A stretch of 64,000 nt of DNA, taken from contig NC_086107.1 of NCBI RefSeq assembly GCF_963921235.1, positions 109,804,001 through 109,868,000 of the forward strand, written 5' to 3'. Below the pieces are notes generated by a model, which was given only the letters and a program-made list of their open reading frames with translations, had not been told where the DNA came from and made no database searches. The first letter of the stretch is position 1. Every line of letters starts with the position of its first letter. This DNA is from Mobula hypostoma (lineage: Eukaryota). The translations under genes were made by a program, and so were the position numbers. Positions 51,081 to 64,000 of this stretch are shown here, in pieces.

Positions 51081-54000
51081 TCGTGTGCCAGGGTCAGGGA
51101 TGTCTCTGATCGTGTCCACGATATCCTGAAGTGGGAAGGGGAACAGCCAGAGGTTGTGGTACATATTGGTACCAACGACATCAACAAGAAAAGGGAGGAG
51201 TTTCTACTACAGGGAGTTAGGAAGGAGGTTGAGAAGCAGGACCACAAAGGTAGTCATCTCCGGATTACTGCCTGTGCCATGTGACAGTGAGTATAGGAAT
51301 AGAGTGAGGTGGAGGATAAATGCGTGGCTGAGGGATTGGAGCAGAGGGCAGGGATTCAGAATTCTGGATCATTGGGACCTCTTTTGGGGCAGGAGTGACC
51401 TGCACAAAAACGACGCGTTGCACTTGAATCCCAGGGGGACCAATATCCCAGCAGGGAGGTTTGCTCAGGCTACTGGGGAAAGTGCAAACTAGGATTGCTG
51501 GGGGGTGGGAACCAAACTGAAGAGACGGAGGAAGAGGTGGTTAGCTCACAAATAGAGAAAGCTTGCAGTCAGTGAGAGAGGGAGGATAGGCAGGTGATAG
51601 AGAAGGGACATGTTCAGACCGATGGTTTGAGATGTGTATTTTAATGCAAGGAGTATTATAAACGAAGCAGATTAGAGTGTGGATCAGTACCTAGAGCTAT
51701 GATGTTCTGGCCATTACGGAGACTTGGATGACTCATGGCAGGAATGGTTACTTTGAGTGCCAGGCTCGAGATGTTTCAGAAAGGACAGGGAGGGAGGCAA
51801 AAGAGGTGGGGGCGTGGCACTGCTGATCAAACACTTTTCTGCATGGAGGGATTGTCTATGGAGTCTCTGTGAGTGGAAGATAGGAACAGGAAGGGGTTAA
51901 TAACTCTGCTGGGTTTAAATGGGGTGGAGTTTGTTAGGTGTGTTCAAGAAGGTTTCTTGACACAATATGTAGATAAGCCTACAGGAGGAGAGGTTGTACT
52001 TGATCTGGTATTGGGAAATGAACCTGGTCAGGTGTCAGATTTCTCAGTGGGAGAGCATCTTGGAGACAGTGATCCCAATTCTATCTCCTTTACCATAGCA
52101 TTGGAGAGGGGGATAGGAACAGTCAAAGTTTACTTGGAGTGAGGAGAAATATAAGGCTATCAGGCAGGAACTTGGAAGCATAAATTGGGAACAGATGTTC
52201 TCAGGGAAATATATGGAAAATGTGGTGTGGAGTTCTGCATAGGTATGTTCCAATGAGACAGGAAAAGGATGGCAGGGTACAGGAACCATGGTGTACAAAG
52301 GCTGTTGTAAATCTAGTCAAAAAAACTAAGTAATGACAGAGATCTAGAAAATTATAAGGCTAGCAGGAAGGAGCTTAAGAATGAAATTCAGAGAAGCAGA
52401 AGGGGCCATGAGAAAGCCTTGGCAGACAGGATTAAGGAAAACCCCAAGGCATGAGAAGAGCAAGAAGATAAAACATGAGAGAATAGGACTAATCAAGTGT
52501 GATAGTGGAAAAGTGTGTATAGAACCGGAGGAGATAGCAGAGGTACATAATGAGTACTTTGCTTCAGTGTTCACTGCGGAAAAGGATCTTGGTGATTGTA
52601 GGGATGACTTACAGTGGACTGAAAAGCTTGAGCATGCAGATATTAAGGAAGGGGGTGTGCTGGAGCTTTTGGAAAGCATCAAGTTGGATAAGTCACCAGG
52701 ACCACATGAGATGTACCCCAGGCTACTATGAGAGGCGAGGGAGGAGATTGCTTAGCCTCTGGTGATGATTTTTGCATCATCAATAGGGACAGGAGAGGTT
52801 CAGGAGGATTGGAGGGTTGCGGATGTTGTTCCGTTATTCAAGAAAGGGAGTAGAGAGTGTCCAGGAAATTATAGACCAGTGAGTCTTACTTCAGTGGTTG
52901 GTAAGTTGATGGAGATCCTGACAGGCAGGATTTATGAACATTTGGAGAGGCATAATATGATTAGGAATTGTGAAAGGCAAGTCATGCCTTATGAGCCTGA
53001 TTGAATTTTTTGAGGATGTGACTAAACACATTGATGAAGGTAGGGCAGTAGATGTGGTGTATATGGATTTCAGCAAGGCATTTGACAAGGTACCCATGCA
53101 GGGCTTATTGAGAAAGTAAGGAGGCATGGGATCCAAGGGGACATTGCTTTGTAGATCCAGAACTGCCTTGCCCACAGAAGGCAAAGAGTTGTTGTAGACA
53201 GGTCATATTCTGCATGAGGTCAGTCACCAGTGGTGTGCCTCAAGGGATCTGTTCTGGGACCCCTACTGTTCGTGATTTTTATAAGTGACCTGGATGAAGT
53301 GGAGGAATGGGTTAGTAAATTTGCTGATGACACAAAGGTTGGAGGTGTTGTGGATAGTGTGGAGGGCTGTCAAAGATTACAGCGGGACATTGATAGGATG
53401 CAAAACTGGGCTGAGAAGTGGCAGATGGAGTTCAACCCAGATAAGTGTGAGGTGGTTCATTTTGGTAGGTCAAATATGATGGCAGAATATGGTAAGACTC
53501 CTGGCAGTGTGGAGGATCAGAGGGATCTTGGGAGTCCAAGTCCATAGCTGCTGCACAGGTTGACTCTGTGGTTAAGAAAGCATATGGTCCACTGGCCTTC
53601 ATCAATTGTGGGATTGAGTTTTGGAGCCGAGGGGTAATTTTGCAGCTGTATAGGACTCTGGTCAGACCCCGCTTGGAGATCTGTGCTCATTTCTGGTTGC
53701 CTAACTACAAGATGGATGTGGAAACCATAGAAAGGGTGCAGAGGAGATTTACAAGGATGTTGCCTGAATTGGGGAGCATGCCTTATGAGAATAGGTTGAG
53801 TGAACTCAGCCTTTTTTCCCTTGGAGCGACGGAAGATGAGAGGTGACCTGATGGAGGTGTGTAAGATGATGAGAGGCATGGATCGTGTGGATACTCAGTG
53901 GATTTTTCCCCGGGGCTGAAATGGCTAGCACGAGAGGGCACATTTTTAAGGTGCTTGGAAGTAGGTACAGAGGAGATGTCAGGGGTAAGTTGTTTTTTTT

Positions 54001-54187
54001 TAATGCAGAGAGTGGTAAGTGCGTGGAATGGGCTGCCAGCGACGGTGGTGGAGGCGGATACAATAGGGTCTTTTACGAGACCCCTGGAGCTCAGAAAAAT
54101 AGGGTAACCCCAGGTAATTTTTAAGGTAAGGGCACAGATTTGTGGGCCGAAGGACCTGTATTGTGCTGTAGGTTTTCTATGTTTCTA
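51081..54187 (+). mobile_element. Long decayed CR1 LINE (ORF1 SGNH-esterase, ORF2 endonuclease/RT fragments)
   Basis: VVVHIGTND...LHLNPRG (ORF1 esterase); ADVVPLFKKG...NYRPVSLTSVVGK; GSVLGPLLF...FADDTK. Many frameshifts; TTCTATGT-type tail. Confidence 0.9.
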
Positions 54188-56039
54188 TTACCTGGAGAAC
54201 TATGATGGCTGGAGTTGGGGCTTTATATTTGGCTCTTGGTAGGGTCACCCATGCCAAACAGGTCAAAGGGTACAGGCTAGACTGAGAGTGGTCCACCAGT
54301 CCTCCAGGCTCGGGGATTCAGCTCAGGGCTAACAACCCTGACTGCTCAAAACAAAACAAAACTGTTGCAGAGACATCAATGAATAATCCGTCTACATCTG
54401 AGTGCGATAGTACACCTGAGTCTCCACCCAGGACTTGCATGACTGACAGTAGTGAAAACAGAGCAAACTACTGACATGATGAAGGAAGCCCTGAACACCA
54501 CTGGAGTTGGAGGACCTTCATTGCTGCTCTGAATGCCAGTGTAACAGGCAGTAAGAGAGAAGTCTTGAGTCAGACAGGAAAATACGTGTGTTCCACCTTT
54601 CCTGCAAAGGCAGCAATAGCCAAGATCCATGTGTCTTCATGGCACATGGGTGAAATGTAATTTCAAGTGGAGAGAGATAATGGCAGATGGAAATAAGTTG
54701 GGCTTCCCTTGAGAAGAACTATCCAAAGGAGGCACCAAACAGTGCCGAGGGATTGTATATCCACAGGGAAAGTCAGGAGCAGGGAAATATCAAGGAGTTG
54801 GGAAGCATTGAAAGAATTGTGGAAGAAAATGGGAAGACTGGACGAGGGAAAGCAAAATGAAACTCAATAAAACTGCACGTTAGAATTTGGAAATTAACTA
54901 CCGACACTGAAAAAGGTATTTAGACAGACACCAGATACATGAAGGGAGTAAAGTGACGTGGATCATATGCAAGCAGATAGGTTTAATTTCATTTGGGATC
55001 AATGTCAGCGCATTCATCAAGGACCAAAGGACCTGTTCCTGTGCTGGATTGTTCTAACACTGAAAATATTGTTTAAACTCAGGTAAGTCAGCGGCTGTGG
55101 AGAAAGAAACAGTATTATGTTTCAGGTAAATGTCCCTTCATCAGAAATAGATCACCAACCCGAAACATTAACATTCGATGGAAATGAGATGAGAAGGAGC
55201 AACACACACAAAACGCTGGAGGAACTCAGCAGGTCAGGGAGCATCTACAGAGGGGAATAAAGAGCTGACATTACAGGCTGAAACCCTTCATCAGGACCTA
55301 AGTGGGGTTATCTCTTTATGGGCAGAGGGAAGGGTACATCATGGTAAAAACCCCTCCCAACCACTGAGCACACCTACATGAAATGCTGTCGTAGGAAAGC
55401 AGCATCCATCATCAGAGATCCTCACCACCCAGGCCATGCTCTTTTCTTGCTGCTGCCATCAGGTAGAAGGTACAAGAGTCTCAGGTCTCACAGCAACAGG
55501 TTCAAGAAGTTACTACCCCTCAACCATCAGGCTTTTGAACAGTAGAGGCAGATCACACAGTAGTGGAGTTAGGAAACCTTGACAGAGGGTGGATGAATTC
55601 TGGACTGCACAAACAGCAATTGATTTTTGAGTCAATTACAAATTCTAAGTCTGAGATTGCCAGACAATAGAAATAAATCAGTCAAAGATAAATGGAGTGG
55701 GATCCATTTATCCCAATATCCCGGATAAATGACCCCGACCTGGGCCATACCCTCCAAATATCCGGACCTACATCTCGGTTTTTTTTGCACTACCTTACTT
55801 TCCATTTTTCTATTTTCTATTTATGATATATAATTTACATTTTTAATATTTACTATCAATTTGTAATCCAGGGAGCGGGAAGCGCAGAATCAAATATCAC
55901 TATGATGATTGTACGTTCTAGTATCAATTGTTTGGCAACAATAAAGTATTAAGTATCTCCATCACTGGCTGAAGAGACCTTACTTTCTTTCTCCTCTCCA
56001 GGATGCTGATGACTCCAAGAAAAAAAAATCTTTTTCTTC

Positions 56040-57379
56040 TATTTTTACTGAACATTTTTATTAGTTGTTTTTAAAAAAAGACTGGAACCAGGAAGAAATG
56101 GTGGCTTGACTGGGCGAGGCAAAGGTTGAACGGTGGGATCTACAGGGATCAAGCAAACCGTCACCAACACTCAAATCATTGGCCTGCTCTTTAGTTCAAA
56201 TTCTGACTGGCCTTTCCAACCCCTCCATTTTATTTCCTCGTGATGGGGTATATTGTCACTCTTCTTCAAATTGCATCCAACCTTTCATCAGAAGTATCTT
56301 AGACTTCTCAGCTATCTTGGTAAAGTGGAGATGAATGCACTTTGCACACTGCCCCCCTCCCCCACCCCGCCATTTTAAAAATGCCCTGATAGCGTGAACA
56401 AAGCCTTAGGCCTCAGGCCTCAGAGCCCACCAACCGAGACAAACAATCCACAAGAAATTCCAAATGCCCATTAAAAATTAAAAGGAACAATGAATAAAAC
56501 ATACTTCAACACAAGAATATTTGTCCACATAACTGTTATATTATCAGTCATTTCCAAATATAAATAGTTGATAAGCCAATCTGCTAACCCTTACATGCTC
56601 AGCCACCTCAAAACTATTTTTTTTATTAAAAAAGTGTTCTCTATAGAATAATCTTAATTTTTCTTTAGCCAATGCTAAAATGTACCAAAAAAATTCTTGT
56701 TTTTAAAAAGTTAACATTTTCAAGTATACTCCCCACCCACCCTCCCCACCCTCAGCACCACAACTACCCACAGCTTCGACCTCTGACCGACTGTAAACAA
56801 AGACAAGACCCGGGGAGGACACAATGGCATCTGGTTAATATTCACTTTTTTTTCTACCACACCTACATTAACAACATGCACCGCAATCCTTAGAATGGCA
56901 GCTGAAGGCCAAAGGTTGAGCCTGAGGAGGCCGAGTTCCAATAGTGTTACCACCATAAATCACACCCTATTAAATAAAAATTAGCTGCCGTTATTCTGTC
57001 AGCATTAGACACAGCTTCAGTACAAAAAATGCCTCGATGACCTTTTGTAAGGAACCTCCTGGCTCCCACAACCGACACAGAAGGAAATCCAGTCCCGAGG
57101 AAGGCCGCAGGGCGGGGATCACTTTAGACGAGCCCTCTGCTGTTCTCAAGCAGGCATCTGACATCGAGAGGAGGATTTTTTTAAAAAACAGATAAAACAA
57201 ATAACAAAAAAAAAATTGCAGAGAGACTGTCATGTGCATCCTGCTATGGCTTTTGGTGTTGTGATATGCTGTAGAATTCCTCATCTTCCGTACTGGGATA
57301 CACATTAGCTAGTAAAAAAAAAGGAAGAAAAGGCATATGGGGCACTTCCTCACATCGTGGAGCCTTTTGCTTGTAAAAG
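56040..57379 (-). other. Probable terminal exon / 3' UTR of an unidentified upstream minus-strand gene
   Basis: TE-free 1.3 kb; pyrimidine-rich acceptor ending ...ctcccacag|CTTTT at 57379; U-rich UTR-like composition; AATAAA on the minus strand at 56057-56062 with a U-rich downstream element. Confidence 0.55.
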
Positions 57380-58150
57380 CTGTGGGAGGGGGGGAAAAAA
57401 AATCAGAAAACAGGTTTTAATTGCTGATGGCAACAAAGAGAATTTACAGTCAGATTTCCACCCACTCCCAATCCTGCTGCTTCTGACACCTAGCACAAAT
57501 GAGGCAGCTATTCACCACCTCCACTCACATTAATGTATTCCATAGTCTCTTGTCTGATGCTCACTCTCCTAAGGCAAAGGGCAGGCAGACCTGAATGATT
57601 ACAGGGGTGGGGTGAGGGGGGCAAACAGGATGAGGAACCTCCGAGATGCACAACTGTCACAACCTCAGCAGGATCGTTTCCAGGCCAACTTAAATTCCAG
57701 ATAGGGGGAGGAAAATAAAGGGGAGATTCCAGAGAGTCAAATCAGAATCCGGGGGATAAAAGAATCATTTCAGCAAAGATCTGATGGGCTGAATGCCCTT
57801 CCTTAGAGGTGTAAGCATTCTACACTACGTGAAGGGAAGTAAAGAAGAGACAGCAGGGCGTATCAACAGTAAGTGTCAGGGAGATTGAAAATCTGTCCAA
57901 GTGGTGCCACAACAACCTCACTCAATGTCGGCAAAACCAAGGATTATTGACATTAGGAGAAGGAAACTGAAGATCCATGAGCCAGTCCTCATCGATGGAT
58001 CAGAGGTGGAGAGAGTCAGCAACTTTAAATTCTTCCGTGTTGTCATTTCAGAGGATTTGCCCTGGGACCAGCAAGTTGGTGCCATCACGAAGAAAGTACG
58101 TCAGTGCCTCTACTTCCTTAAAAGTTTGGGAAGATTCAGCATGACATCTA

Positions 58151-59310
58151 CAACGCCTATAACATGTATTCTCCCACCCTGAAAGTTTTCATGTTTTATT
58201 CTTTTACAAAATCACCAAGGAAATGGAAAGAATGTGGCGCAGCTGTAAATCTGACTAGAGCAGGTCATCCTCAAAAACTGAGTGACCGTGTAAGGAGACT
58301 AGTGAGGGAGACCACCAAGAGACCTACGACAACTCTGGAGGAGTTGCAAGCTTCAGTGGCCGAGATGGGAGAGACTGCCCGGGTGCTTCACCAGTCGCAG
58401 CTTTATGGGAGAGTGGCAAAGAGAAAGCCACTGTTGTAAAAAAAAACTCACATGAAATCTCGGCTAGATTTTGCCAGAAGGCATGTGCGAGACAGACTCC
58501 GAAGTCAGCTGGAAGAAGGTTCTATGGTCTGATGAAACCAAAATTGAGCATTTGGACCATCAGACTAAACGCTATGTTTGCTGTAAGCCAAACACTGCAC
58601 ATCATCAAAAACATACCAACCCTACCGTGAAGCATGGTGGTGGCTGCATAATGCTGTGGGGATGCTTCACTGCAGCAGGCCCTGGATGGCTTGTGAAGGT
58701 AGAGGGTAAAATGAATGCAGCGAAATACAGGGAAATCCTGGAGGAAAACCTGATGCAGTCTGCAAGAGAACTGTGACTTGGGAGATTTGTTTTTCACTAA
58801 GACAATGATCCCAAGGATAAAGTCAAAACTACAATTAAAAACAAGAAAGTTTATGTCCTGGAGTGGCCAAGTCAGAGTCCAGACCTCAATCCAATTGAGA
58901 ATTTGTGGCTGGACTTGAAAAGGGCTGTTCACTCACAATCCCTATGCAATCTGACAAAGCTTGAGCAGTTTTTTTTTAAAAGAATGGGGGAAAATGTCAG
59001 TGTCCAGATCTGCAAAGCTGATAGAGACCTATCCACACAAACTCAAGGCTGTAATTGCTAACAAAAGCACACCTACTAAATACTGACTTGAAGGGGGTGA
59101 ATACTTATGCAACCAATTATTTTGAGGTTTATATTTATAATTAATGAAGATCACTTTGTAGAGAACTGTTTTCACTTTGACACAAAGGGGTCTTTTTCTG
59201 TTGATCAGTGTCAAAAAAGCCAAATTAAATCCACTGTGATTCAATGTTGTAAAACAATAAAATATGAAACCTTCCAAAGGGAGGGGGTGAAATTTTTTTT
59301 ATAGACACTG
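58151..59310 (+). mobile_element. Decayed Tc1/mariner transposon
   Basis: WKKVLWSDETKIE...PTVKHGGGCIMLWGCF and WPSQSPDLNPIENLW fragments; imperfect TIRs flanked by TA; inserted in a LINE fragment. Confidence 0.9.
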
Positions 59311-62300
59311 TAAAACATGGACAAACATCTATAGGTATGTGTTGGAGAGTATATTGACTGGTTGCATCACGGAAGCACCAACTCCCTTGAACGGAAATCC
59401 TACGAAAGGTAGTGGATACAGCCCAGGCCATCACAGGTAAAGCCCTCCCCACCATTCAGCACATCTATATGGAGCATTGTCGCAGGAAGGCGGCATCCAT
59501 CATCAGAGATCCTCACCACCCAGGTCATGCTCTCTTCTCACTGCTGCCATCAGGAAAGAGGTACAAGAGCCTCAGGACTCACTACCAGGCTCAGGAACAG
59601 TTATTACCCCTCAACCATCAGGCTCCCTGAAACAGAGGGGATAACTTCATTCAGCCCATCACTGAACTGCTCCGACAACCAATGGACTCCCTTTCGAGGA
59701 CTCTTCAGCTCATGTTCTCAATAGTTATGTTTGTATATCTTTTGTAGTTAGTTTGTCGTCTTTGCACATTGGTGGTTGTCCATCCTGTTGGGAACGGTCT
59801 TTCATTGATTCTATGTTTCCTGCATTTACCGCAAGAAAGTGATTCTCAGGGTTGTGTATGGTAACAAATATGCACCTTGATAATAAATTTACTTTGAACA
59901 TCAGAGGCAACTCCAGCTTCCATTAATGGTCTGGTGAACTGAACACATCCACTTTAGCTTCATTCTCCAAACACCATGTCTTAAAGAGAGGAATCGGTGG
60001 AAATGATCTGTAGTGTTTGTGAGGAAAGAAACAGAGTTAACATTTCTGGTCAAGGACCTTTGGTGCAAGATCCAATAAACCTGAAGCACAGACTCTTCCT
60101 CCCCACGTAGATGCCACCTGATCATCTGAGAATTACCAGCATCTTCTGCGTCATTTCCATACTTCTAGCATCCATGGTATTTTGCCTTAGTAAAGTGAAA
60201 GGTCACTCCATTGTCCGCAACCAATCAGTAACTCTCGCATCAGGCAGTTCGATGGCTGTTACAGCAGCAGCAGTCATCTTGTTTGCTATTCAAACCACAG
60301 GAGCAGCAATTTCCCCACAATGGGAGGTTAGTCCCACCATTTTCATGTGGCATTGTAGCTCTTGGTGATGGTGACGTAGCTTTAGGGCACGTTCAGGAAA
60401 AGTTCTATTTGTCATTGCAGATTGGGGCAGATTTCAGACTTCAATCCCAGTGTCCTTTGCAAGGAGTTTGTATCTTCTCCCCATGGAATGCATGGGTATT
60501 CTCTGGGTCCTCCAGTTTCCTCCCAAAACGTAATGGTTAACTGGTCATTGTTAAGTGTCCCATGATTAGTTTAGAGTTAAATGGGTGGCACAGCTTGAAG
60601 GGACTGTTCCCCTCTGCATCTCAAAACAAATAACTGAACGGATAAACTCATCTCGGGCTTCCAGCTGGGTACGGGTATCGATTATAACCTACGTTTTGAT
60701 GACTAACTCTGCCATCTTCATCAGGGATAATGACTGGCAGCCCAAGAAGAGTTTATTCGTCATATACGCCGGGAAAGCACCAAATCCTTTTACAAATGAA
60801 TAGACCTTTGGCAGACATGTTCTTCTATTCTCAAGGAGGCTGACCGAGTTAATAGCAATTGAGGCAAAGCAAGTTAAAATACGAACCATTTTATTGCATA
60901 ATGGATTAAACATACATGGATGATGAGTGAGATGATAGATTTTTGGTTGAGTGACTTTCATTTCTGGTACAAAACACAAATATAAAAGCAGGAATAACAA
61001 TGGTCACCAACTGTAAACTCAAGTACGGATAAAGAATCAAGTGTCCTGGTGCAGTGTATAGATGGGAGGGGAGGGCTGCTCAGTTCACAATCTTCCCACT
61101 GCTCAACGCACACAGTGTCCGCGCCTCACTTTCAGAACTCGTTTCGAGATTTAAAAAGGTTCATATGAGTCACGCAAGTACACAGCGGGAGACAAGCACA
61201 TGCAAAGCGACAATGTGGATGGTCAGACACGCACCAGAGAGCTGCATGGAGATGGCCACAAGAATGTTGCTTTTAAACGGGTGAGACTAGCTGGTGCAGT
61301 TGTAAATGTACAGCTGAGCACAGCAGCGTGCTAATTCAAAGTGAGAGCTCTATAGAACTCTACAGAGGCAGGTACAGGCACAGCCCTAAGGGAATTCACA
61401 TGAATAAGAGGGAAGTGTACACATACTGAAAAGGGGTGCAAGACACTTAGATACACACACACACACACACACACACCAATCCCATATGCTAAAGATAACA
61501 TGCGACGCCAGGCATCACAGTTGCATAATGGTTAGTGCAACACTATTACAGCTCGGGGCAGAGTTCAGAGTGCAACCCGGGCATCCTCTTTAAGGAGTCT
61601 CTGTACCCATGGAACTTGTGGGGTTTTCTCAAGGTCCTCTGGTTTCCTCCCACAATCCAAAGACGTATCCGGAAGGTTAACTGGTCACTGCAAATTGTCC
61701 CATCATTAGGTTAGGGTTAAATCGGGGTTGTTGGGGGCTGCTGGGCGGCTCGAATCAGCAGGTTCTCAGGCACTCAAACCATCCCGTCTGACACCAGCAA
61801 TCATTCCATGTTCAAAATCACTTCGATCACTTTTCTTCCCCATTCTGATGTTTGGTCTGAACTGAACATCTTGACATGTCTACATGCTTCAATGAGTTGT
61901 GTTGTCGCCATGTGATTGGCTGATTAGATATTTGCATTAACGAGAAGGTGTATCTAATAAAGTGAGCATGGAGTGTATATTACAAGTGGTGTATAATGAA
62001 GCACCAGTCTAGTGAGCATTAGAATAGTCAGGCCTAGGGTCACAATGGCATGGATTGAAATTTCAATAATGGAGGGACAATGATGGAAGTGGAAATAACA
62101 CCATCTGAGATCGAACAGTACACAGAGTTGAAAATTCAGCTTGGGAATAGCCGGCTTCAAGCCATCAGAGTGGCCAGAAGGGGTTGGAATTGGTGACAGG
62201 CTGGGAATGGATGTTCACCTGCATAACTAGAGCTTCACACGGAACTGGAGGCAACGCGATGGAGGAGACCTGACGAAGGGTCTCGACCCAAAACATCGAC

Positions 62301-64000
62301 TGTACTTCTTCCTATAGATGCTGCCTGGCCTGCTGCGTTCCACCAGCATTTCATGTGTGTGGTTCAAGACCTCCATGTGGCTGGAAGTGATCAAGATGCA
62401 GCAGGCAGTTGTGCAACAAGGGGGCCAAGGACATGGCTGCTAGGTTGAAGGTTCTACCCGAGCCGACTGCCTGCCCCTCTTCTGGGGCTACATTTGTGCC
62501 ATACTGCATGCGATCACTATGGATATAGCGGGGAAATTCTTTAGCCAGAGAGTGGTGAACTTGTGGAATTCATTGCCACAGGCAGCCGTGGAGGCCAAAT
62601 ATTTAAGGCAGAGGCTGATTGGTCCGGGCACGAAGGGAAACGGGGAAAAAGGCTGGAGATTGGAAAAGAAAACAGATGAGCCGTGATGAAATGGTGAAGA
62701 TTCGATGGGCCAAATGGCCTAATCTGCTCCCACATTGTTCATTTCAATTTCAACATGATTTGTGTTTTTTTTCCTTTCTCATGTGCAACAGGTATTGGTC
62801 TTTTAATTCTATTTAATTGTGTTCTTTCAAGTTTTCTTGCTTTGTAAGCAGACAAATCACAAGGCGTACAATTTATACATTCTTTGATAATAAATGTACT
62901 TTGAATCTTTGAATATTTTAAGGTGTTATGGCCTTATTTCCAGGAATGGTGGGCCCCCGCAGGGAATATAGATGGAAATAATTGAATTACCACCTATATT
63001 AACAGTACTGGAATCCCTAACCTTTGTATGCATTTTGTGTTTAAGTTTTGTAGGTTTGTAAATAAAAAGGGCACGTCTGCAGACTTGAGGAAATGATGTT
63101 CAGGAACGGAAGAGGAGCAATGAAGCTGCCCGAGACCCTTAGCTCCAATCTTGCAGAAATGAAAACTGAGCCAGGGCAATCCCAATGAATTGGACAATGA
63201 AGAAGAGGCAATGGAATTCTACTGCAACAAAGAACAACACGGGTATAGAGACTCATTCATAGAGGTCAGTGTGCACACATGTACACACATGACATACAAA
63301 GAGGAAACATACACACACACACACAGACTTGTGCACAAGCATACTCCCACAGGAACCAAAGCTCTACTTATTCACCCTGAGGCTAGAACCTGCTCTGTGG
63401 GGTATTGCCGTCAGATCTACCACACACAAATGCAGAAATGATCCCACCACCAGCTCGTTCTACATCACTATCAGTTCTCACCACCGTATATGAGTTACAG
63501 TTTAGTCCCCGTCATTCATATCACAATCAGCTTCCTCGTCCTCGCCCTTTATCCAGCATGCAGCATGCACAAGGATTCAAATGTCAAACAGGAAAGACAA
63601 AATGACTACAGATTAAGAAACCAATAACTTTTACAGTTTTTTTTTTAAAAAACACTTTCAAGTTTCAAAACAAGTTATTTCCACTTTTCCTGGCAACATT
63701 AAATGCTTCCATTTGGTTTAGAGTCCACTTCGTCTCAGAGTAATCCCACTCTGTAATGTATTCTCCGCTATTTCCCTCAATTCTTCCCTATCCCAACACT
63801 CCCTTACAAGGGGGGCAAGTTACTGCGTCCAATTTACCAACAACTCCACTCATCTTTGGGATTGGTTGGGATGAAGCGGGTGCACTCAGAGGAAACCCAT
63901 GCAGCTACGGAGAGAACGAGCAAACTCCACACAGAGAGCAGCGGAGGTCACGATACAATATGGGTCGCTGGCACTGTCTGACACCGTGTAAGGTCACTCA

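Overview
Repeat-dense vertebrate genomic DNA. The repeat landscape (CR1 LINEs, V-SINE-like elements, Penelope-derived hairpins, Tc1/hAT MITEs) suggests a cartilaginous fish, probably a ray; this is inference. Positions ~1-44.9 kb contain IRF3 on the minus strand: a CpG-rich promoter/putative exon 1 near 44.7-44.9 kb and seven coding exons with consistent phases (40857-40693, 35448-35277, 17374-17280, 11284-11233, 7331-7086, 2742-2374, 640-519). The last exon lies left of the window. Main discovery: IRF3 intron 3 holds an intact 1.27-kb, GC-rich terminal exon (29716-28446) with its own acceptor and poly(A) signal. It is in phase with the DNA-binding-domain exon and predicts a ~535-aa protein: IRF3 DBD plus an acidic/coiled-coil module, possibly Harbinger-derived, with no IAD. 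Also found: a PRDI-like IRF site at the IRF3 promoter, minimal hammerhead ribozyme motifs in Penelope-derived repeats, several nested TE insertions with clear TSDs, a candidate small plus-strand signal-peptide gene at 48.6-49.2 kb, and the 3' end of an unidentified minus-strand gene at 56-57.4 kb. All alignments were done by eye; no database searches were run.
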